DNA of 32,000 nucleotides from Flavobacteriaceae bacterium (lineage in GTDB: Bacteria; Bacteroidota; Bacteroidia; Flavobacteriales; Flavobacteriaceae): positions 2,040,001 through 2,072,000 of the forward strand of contig OZ245049.1 in NCBI GenBank assembly GCA_965224465.1, read 5' to 3'. The notes under the pieces were generated by a model, which ran no database searches, was not told the origin of the DNA, and was given only the letters and a program-made list of their open reading frames with translations. Below are positions 24,001-30,000 of the stretch, piece by piece (position 1 is the first letter of the stretch; the number at the start of each line of letters is the position of its first letter). A program made the translations under genes and the position numbers.

Positions 24001-27000
24001 CAATCTGCTGGACTGGTTACTTCCATGGTCACCACACAATCAGTTCCGTTCTTCGCCTCGATGCTCATTGGTGTTCCAATAACTCCTGTGGCTGTTCCGT
24101 CTGCATTGTCTGTTCCTCCTGTTACCGTTATGGTAGCTCCTGTACTTTCACCGTAGCTTACCGTATAACTTGTGGCGTTCATACCTTCACAAATTGCTTG
24201 CCCTACTACTAACTGTGGTAGTTTACAATCTGTTGGACAGGTTGCCAAGCCTTTTACTTCTAGGGTTGTGGTACATCCACTTTTATTAACAACTGTTATA
24301 ACAACATCCGTATTTAACGCAACGGTTACAACGTCATTTAATAAGGTACCATTAGAAATAGTATATTTAGAATCATCTGTAATATCACTATTACTAAATA
24401 AATTAAAGGTATAATTAGCTGTTCCATCACAAGAAACAGGTCCTGTAGTTAAAGTAGGTTTTTGAATATCAATAAGTACCTTTTCTGTATACATTACAGA
24501 ACAGCCATTCAAATCTGACACTGTTAATTTATACGTATCAGGCTTCGTCACTTTCATTGTCAATATATTACTGTCAGAATTATCATCTGTAATAACATTC
24601 CCTGAACTATCTGTCCATACATATATATAATCAGTAGCTGCTGAAACTTTACCTCCTGATGCTGCCGTAGCAGTTAATAAACCAGGCGTATTACAGTAAA
24701 TAGTTGTTGCACTTGCAATAGCGCTTAATAGAGCATCCGCAGGCTCTGTTACTATTTTAGTGGACGTAAACGAACAATTATTAACATCCGTCACCACCAC
24801 TTTATACGTACCTGCTGTCAAGCCAGATTGATCTTCATTTGATACACTTAACCCAGTACCATCAGTTGTTGACCAAACAAATGTATAAGGAGTTTTCCCT
24901 CCAGAAACTGTTAAATCAATTGCTCCATTTGCTTCTCCATTACAAGAAATTGGGTTTTGAGCTAAGGTAACATCTATTGCTGCTGGCTGAGTTAATGTAA
25001 CACTTGTTGTTGCCTCACAATTGGTATCTGTATCTTTTACTACTATCGTATAGGTTCCAATAGCCAAGCCTATTTGATCTTTATCTGTTGCTGTAAGTCC
25101 AGTCCCATCGGTACTTGTCCAAGCATACGAATAATTACCAGATCCATTTAAAACAACTAGCGAAATAGTCCCTGATGAATCACCATTACACGCAATATCC
25201 GTAATTACATTTGGTGAGATATCTAAAGAACAACCTTCTGCATTTACCGTAGTTATATTGGTTGCCGTACAGTTATTAGCATCTGTAATTGTTACTGTAT
25301 AATCCCCTGCGGTAAGTCCGGTAGCTGTAGCTGTTGTCTGTACTGGAGCAGAATTCCAAGAATAGGTATAAGGACCAGTACCCCCAGAAGGAATAGCAGT
25401 TACTTCTCCTTCAGTACCTAATACTGTCACTTGATGTGACAAGGTACTTGCCGCTACTGTTAATGATTTTTTAGGCTCTGAAATCCGCACACTTTGTTCA
25501 GAAAAACAACCTTTATTACTTATTGCCTTTAACGTATATACTCCACTTGGAACATCACTTAAGGTTGCTGAAGATCCTATTATTGTATTGGATGAATTAT
25601 ACCATTCATAGATTACAGGAGTATCTGCTGTGGTAACTACAGCTATTACACTCCCTGTATTTTCTCCTTTACATGTTACAGCTGTCGGTGTCATTGAATT
25701 AATTACAACCGCCGTATTACAGTTGTACGGATGAACTATTACCTGCTGTACTATTATACAACCTGCAGCATCGGTCACTGTTACTTGATAGGTCCCTGGA
25801 ACTCTTCCTGAAACACTTTCTGAACTCGCTATATTAGTAGCCGGAGGCGTAAGACCATCCTCAGAAACAATTAAATCCCACACATAACTATACGCCGTAA
25901 CACCATCTGTTACTGTGGCAGTCACGACACCATCATTTGCATCGATTCCAGTTTCATTTGAAGCTGTCGTACTTACATTTAATGTTGAATTAAATTCCTC
26001 TACCATTACTGTAACAGGAATTATCACAGTACACGTTCCAACATTTTTGGACGTTACGGTAATCGCACTATAAGCACCTATGCTTAAATCAGGAATCAAA
26101 ATAATCCCTGATGCATCTGTTGTTATATCTTGTACTAAAGCTGTAGCACCATCTTTTGAATAGCTTACACTGTATGTAGTATTCACTTTTAAACCACCGT
26201 TACTGATAACAATAGTTCCGTTATTTGCAGGCGCACACGTTGTAGGTGTTGTACTTATCGCTTTTAATTCCGCTGTTAATTCACACGGATTTACTTCAAG
26301 CAAGGCTGTTGTTACAGAAACACACCCTGTTGCTGGGGCAGATACAACTAACTTATACAAATACTTATCTATCGAATACTGAATATCTGTCAACGTAATA
26401 CTGTTGGATATTTCACCTGCAATATCTGTATATGTAGCACCATTATCCGTACTTACTTGCCATTGGTATACTAAATCGGAAGTGGCATCTACACTTGTAT
26501 TAGGATTGGTTGTAAAGTCCGTTACTTTGGTTGCTGACGCAGTCCCGGTAAATGTATGATTGTCTGAAATATCTACTGTTGCATTACTTATAGGATTGTC
26601 TATAGAGATTGTAATATTGGACAATGCTGCGGGGCTATATGTACTAACACCCTCTTTAAATTTGGTTAAATCTGTAGTCGCAGCGGAAGTATCATCTCCA
26701 TTTTCCAATAATGACGAATAGCCATTTTCTCCGTAGTCTGTAACCGTACTCCCTCCACTTTTTACTTGTCCATTTGTAAATGTCGTGTCTGTAGCAGAAG
26801 CCCCATCTGGTAAGGTCCCTTCTTGTAAATGTTCTTCAAGAATACCCGCTTCCATACTGTCTGGACAGCCATCATCATCCGAGTCTAGGTCTAAATAATT
26901 TGGTATTCCATCACCATCAGTATCCGCACAAGCAGCTGGCATTGCTGGACTTATTATTATTGCATAATTTGAATTCACGTTTGTACTCGTAGAATACACG

Positions 27001-30000
27001 CTCAATGATGTTGCTGGCGTACTTGATTTCCAAACAAAACCTGAACCATTATTGATTGTTGCGCTCGTACTATTTTTAACGGAATAATCATTTCCGGAAA
27101 CAACATCATTTAATCCCGTATTAGACAAGGTAGAGATAAATTTATAAGCAACATTGTCCGTTGCAATAAACCCATCTGATATGCCAGCACCTAAAGCTCC
27201 TCCATGTTTAACTTTCAAGTACACAGGTACCGTCCCTGAGAAAGTGTATTCCACATTTCCAACAGTACCTCCAGAAGCCGCAGAACCATTAGGTATTGTA
27301 CTCGTACCAATTACAGAAGCAATAACAGACCCTAAAGGCAATCCCCACCTATGACTGATATCTTTCACAGCATCCTGATTTCCGCCTAGCTCCCCTGTAT
27401 TAAAACTAAAATCATCTACATTAGATAACACATAACTTGCCGATTCTGGACATTCCACAGTGTCCAATATCCCATCATTATCATCATCGATATCTACCAA
27501 ATCAGGAACTCCATCTCCATCTGTATCAATACAAAGATTAGAATTACTATCTAATGCATAGGTATCATACGTAGAGGTATAACTCGTAGTTGCACTTCCT
27601 GTATCATCACTTTCTACATAAGAAGAAAGTCCGTTTGATCCATAATCATTTCCTGCGGATGCTATTTGTCCATTTGTAAAAGTCGTATCAGCTGCCGAAG
27701 TACCATCAGGTAAAGTTGCATCTTGCATGATGGCTCCTGTAGCTTTGTCTACTCCTGCTTCTATTGCATCTGGACAGCCATCACCGTCTGAATCTAGGTC
27801 TAAATTATTTGGTATGCCGTCGTTATCGGTATCTCTATAAGGCACTGTTAAAGCAGGAGTACAATTATAAGCGGTAGTAGAAGCGTTATACTTTGATCCT
27901 GAAAGATACATATCATCCAACAAAGCAGTAGTAGAGGTCGCATGCTTATTGTGAAAATAAAACCTAATACTATATACTTTATTTGGTTTTAAAGGGTAAA
28001 AAGTTGTATTAAACGGAGCATTTACACTGCTAGATAAAACTTGTTGATCCGTCAGACAAGTATATGAATTCCAATTATCGTCAGATATTCGAATCGATAT
28101 TTTAGGGTTATTGTATCCAATAAAAGAATACAACGCATAGTCAAAAGTAAAATTCGCAGTTTTAAAATTACTCTCAAAATAATGATTTTCTTTAAAAGGA
28201 TTTAAATGCGCATCGCCAACTGTTACAGGATTTAAATACGTGACAGTAGATGAAAGATCATCCGTAAATCCTGAACCTAAAGCAGCATCGTACTGTTCTT
28301 GTATTATTGTAGTAGGACCCGTAAAATAAAAAGTGTATTTTTTCTTAATATCGTTAAGATTTCCTCCGACAGTAATCCATGCCATTACATTGTCTCTTCC
28401 AGAAGCATCCGATGGTTTAAAAGAACAATTTGAACACCCCGATTCACCTAACTCAACCACATCCAATATTCCATCATTATCATCATCAATATCAATTAAA
28501 TCACCAATACCATCTCCGTCTGTATCTATACAAACATTAAGACCACTATCTAATGCATAATTCTCATACGTAGATGTATAACTCGTAGTTGCACTTTCTG
28601 TATCATCACTTTCTACATAAGAAGAAAGTCCGTTAGATCCATAATCATTTCCTGCGGATGCTATTTGTCCGTTTGTAAAAGTCGTATCAGCAGCCGAAGT
28701 ACCATCAGGTAAGGTTGCATCTTGCATGATGGCTCCTGTAGCTTTGTCTACACCTGCTTCTATAGCATCTGGACAACCATCACCATCTGAATCTAGGTCT
28801 AGGTGATTGGGAATCCCGTCGTTATCGGTATCTATTTCTGAGCATTCACCTTCTAACGAAACTAAATCAACCGCTGAAGAAGCATTAGCAAAAACTAATT
28901 CATGTATTTTTACACCTCCTGTCATAGTAGTATCCACATAATGTTTTTGCCCATCAGGATCATATCGATCTAAAATTGTATTGCCTTCAATATCTCTAGC
29001 AATAATACGAACTTGACCACTAGGAGCTGGGTCACTCCAAATAGCAAAAGAAGATGTTGTTTTCTTTGTCAATCCGTCCTTGGAAAAATAAGCAATACTT
29101 ACACCTGTACCATTCCAAATCATTTTATTATCTGTATCCCCTTGACTAGCCCAACTTCCATGGTTTATTACTCTAAAATAATTAGTGTTAGCAACAAAAG
29201 AACCATTTACATGTCGAATGCGTATACCTAAAGTAGATAAAAGAGTATTCATATCATGATTCCCAACTGAAAGGCCTTCGGTTAAATTAACATTAGAAGC
29301 TTTTTTACAAAAAGAGTCATCTACATCCAATATCCCATCATTATCATCATCAATATCTATTAAATCACCAATACCATCTCCGTCTGTATCTATACAAACA
29401 TTAAGACCACTATCTAATGCATAATTCTCATACGTAGACACATAAGATGTAGTCGCATTTATATCATCTTCTTTTCCAGTCTCACCCAAGCCATTCGCCA
29501 ATCCATTATTTCCATAAGGACCTTCTGCCAAGGCTTTTGGTTTATTAGTCGTGGTATTTGTAGTACCATCCCCATTTACAATATCACCCGCGAGTAATGT
29601 CCCTGACACTCCTGACTCTACGGCATCTGGACAGCCGTCACCATCAGAATCTAGGTCTAAATGATTTGGAATTCCATCGTTATCGGTATCTATATCACCA
29701 CAAAGTTCAGATTTCTGACTAATTTTAAAATCATCTATCGTAAATGAACCACGAGATATCGTTATTCTATATTTTTCTAGAGGCACCGTTCCTGAATACA
29801 CTATCGTACCATTATGACTATATGTCATATTACCATCTTTATCTATAGCTAAAATAAATTTTTTCCCAACAACCGATGGAGCATGCCAACCGCTAGCAAT
29901 AGCTCCATGTCTTACGTACATACCACTAGAGGCATTAAATTGAAATTTATATCCATTATCTATATAATTACTTGTATTCTCTGTACCTGACATCGGTAAA

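Larger units (their letters stand above)
3..24239 (-). repeat. In-frame tandem array of 33 complete copies of a 735-bp (245-aa) unit; six copies are 732 bp; the array continues beyond the left edge
   Basis: The phase marker (first Cys codon of module A, plus-strand 'aca') recurs at 737, 1472, 2207, 2942, 3677, 4412, 5147, 5879, 6614, 7346, 8081, 8816, 9551, 10286, 11021, 11756, 12488, 13220, 13955, 14690, 15425, 16160, 16895, 17630, 18362, 19097, 19829, 20564, 21299, 22034, 22769, 23504 and 24239. The spacing is 735 bp. The six 732-bp units are 5148-5879, 6615-7346, 11757-12488, 12489-13220, 17631-18362 and 19098-19829. The antisense ORFs in the track repeat with the same period. Units look roughly 90-99% identical by eye (not computed). 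The 24,237 nt encode 8,079 aa. Confidence 0.97.

Noticed and set aside
3-24239. CRISPR array or non-coding satellite as the explanation for the periodicity
   Set aside because: The period is 735 bp with no repeat/spacer alternation. One frame stays open throughout and all indels are multiples of 3. The translated units have a conserved Cys scaffold, so this is a coding repeat.
3-24239. Diversity-generating retroelement (template/variable repeat) behind the cassette variation
   Set aside because: No reverse transcriptase is in the window. B1/B2 and C1/C3 differences involve all base types rather than adenine-specific changes. Variants are shared among units as blocks, which fits recombination.
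670-24414. A family of 32 plus-strand 74-80 aa ORFs (MAFIPSQIACPTTNCGSLQSVGQ...) recurring every 735 bp
   Set aside because: They are antisense to the giant minus-strand ORF and start at GTG (shown as M). Their apparent conservation is simply the repeat identity. They straddle module boundaries of the sense protein, and one copy (3610) is lost by a single GTG to GCG change that is harmless in the sense frame.
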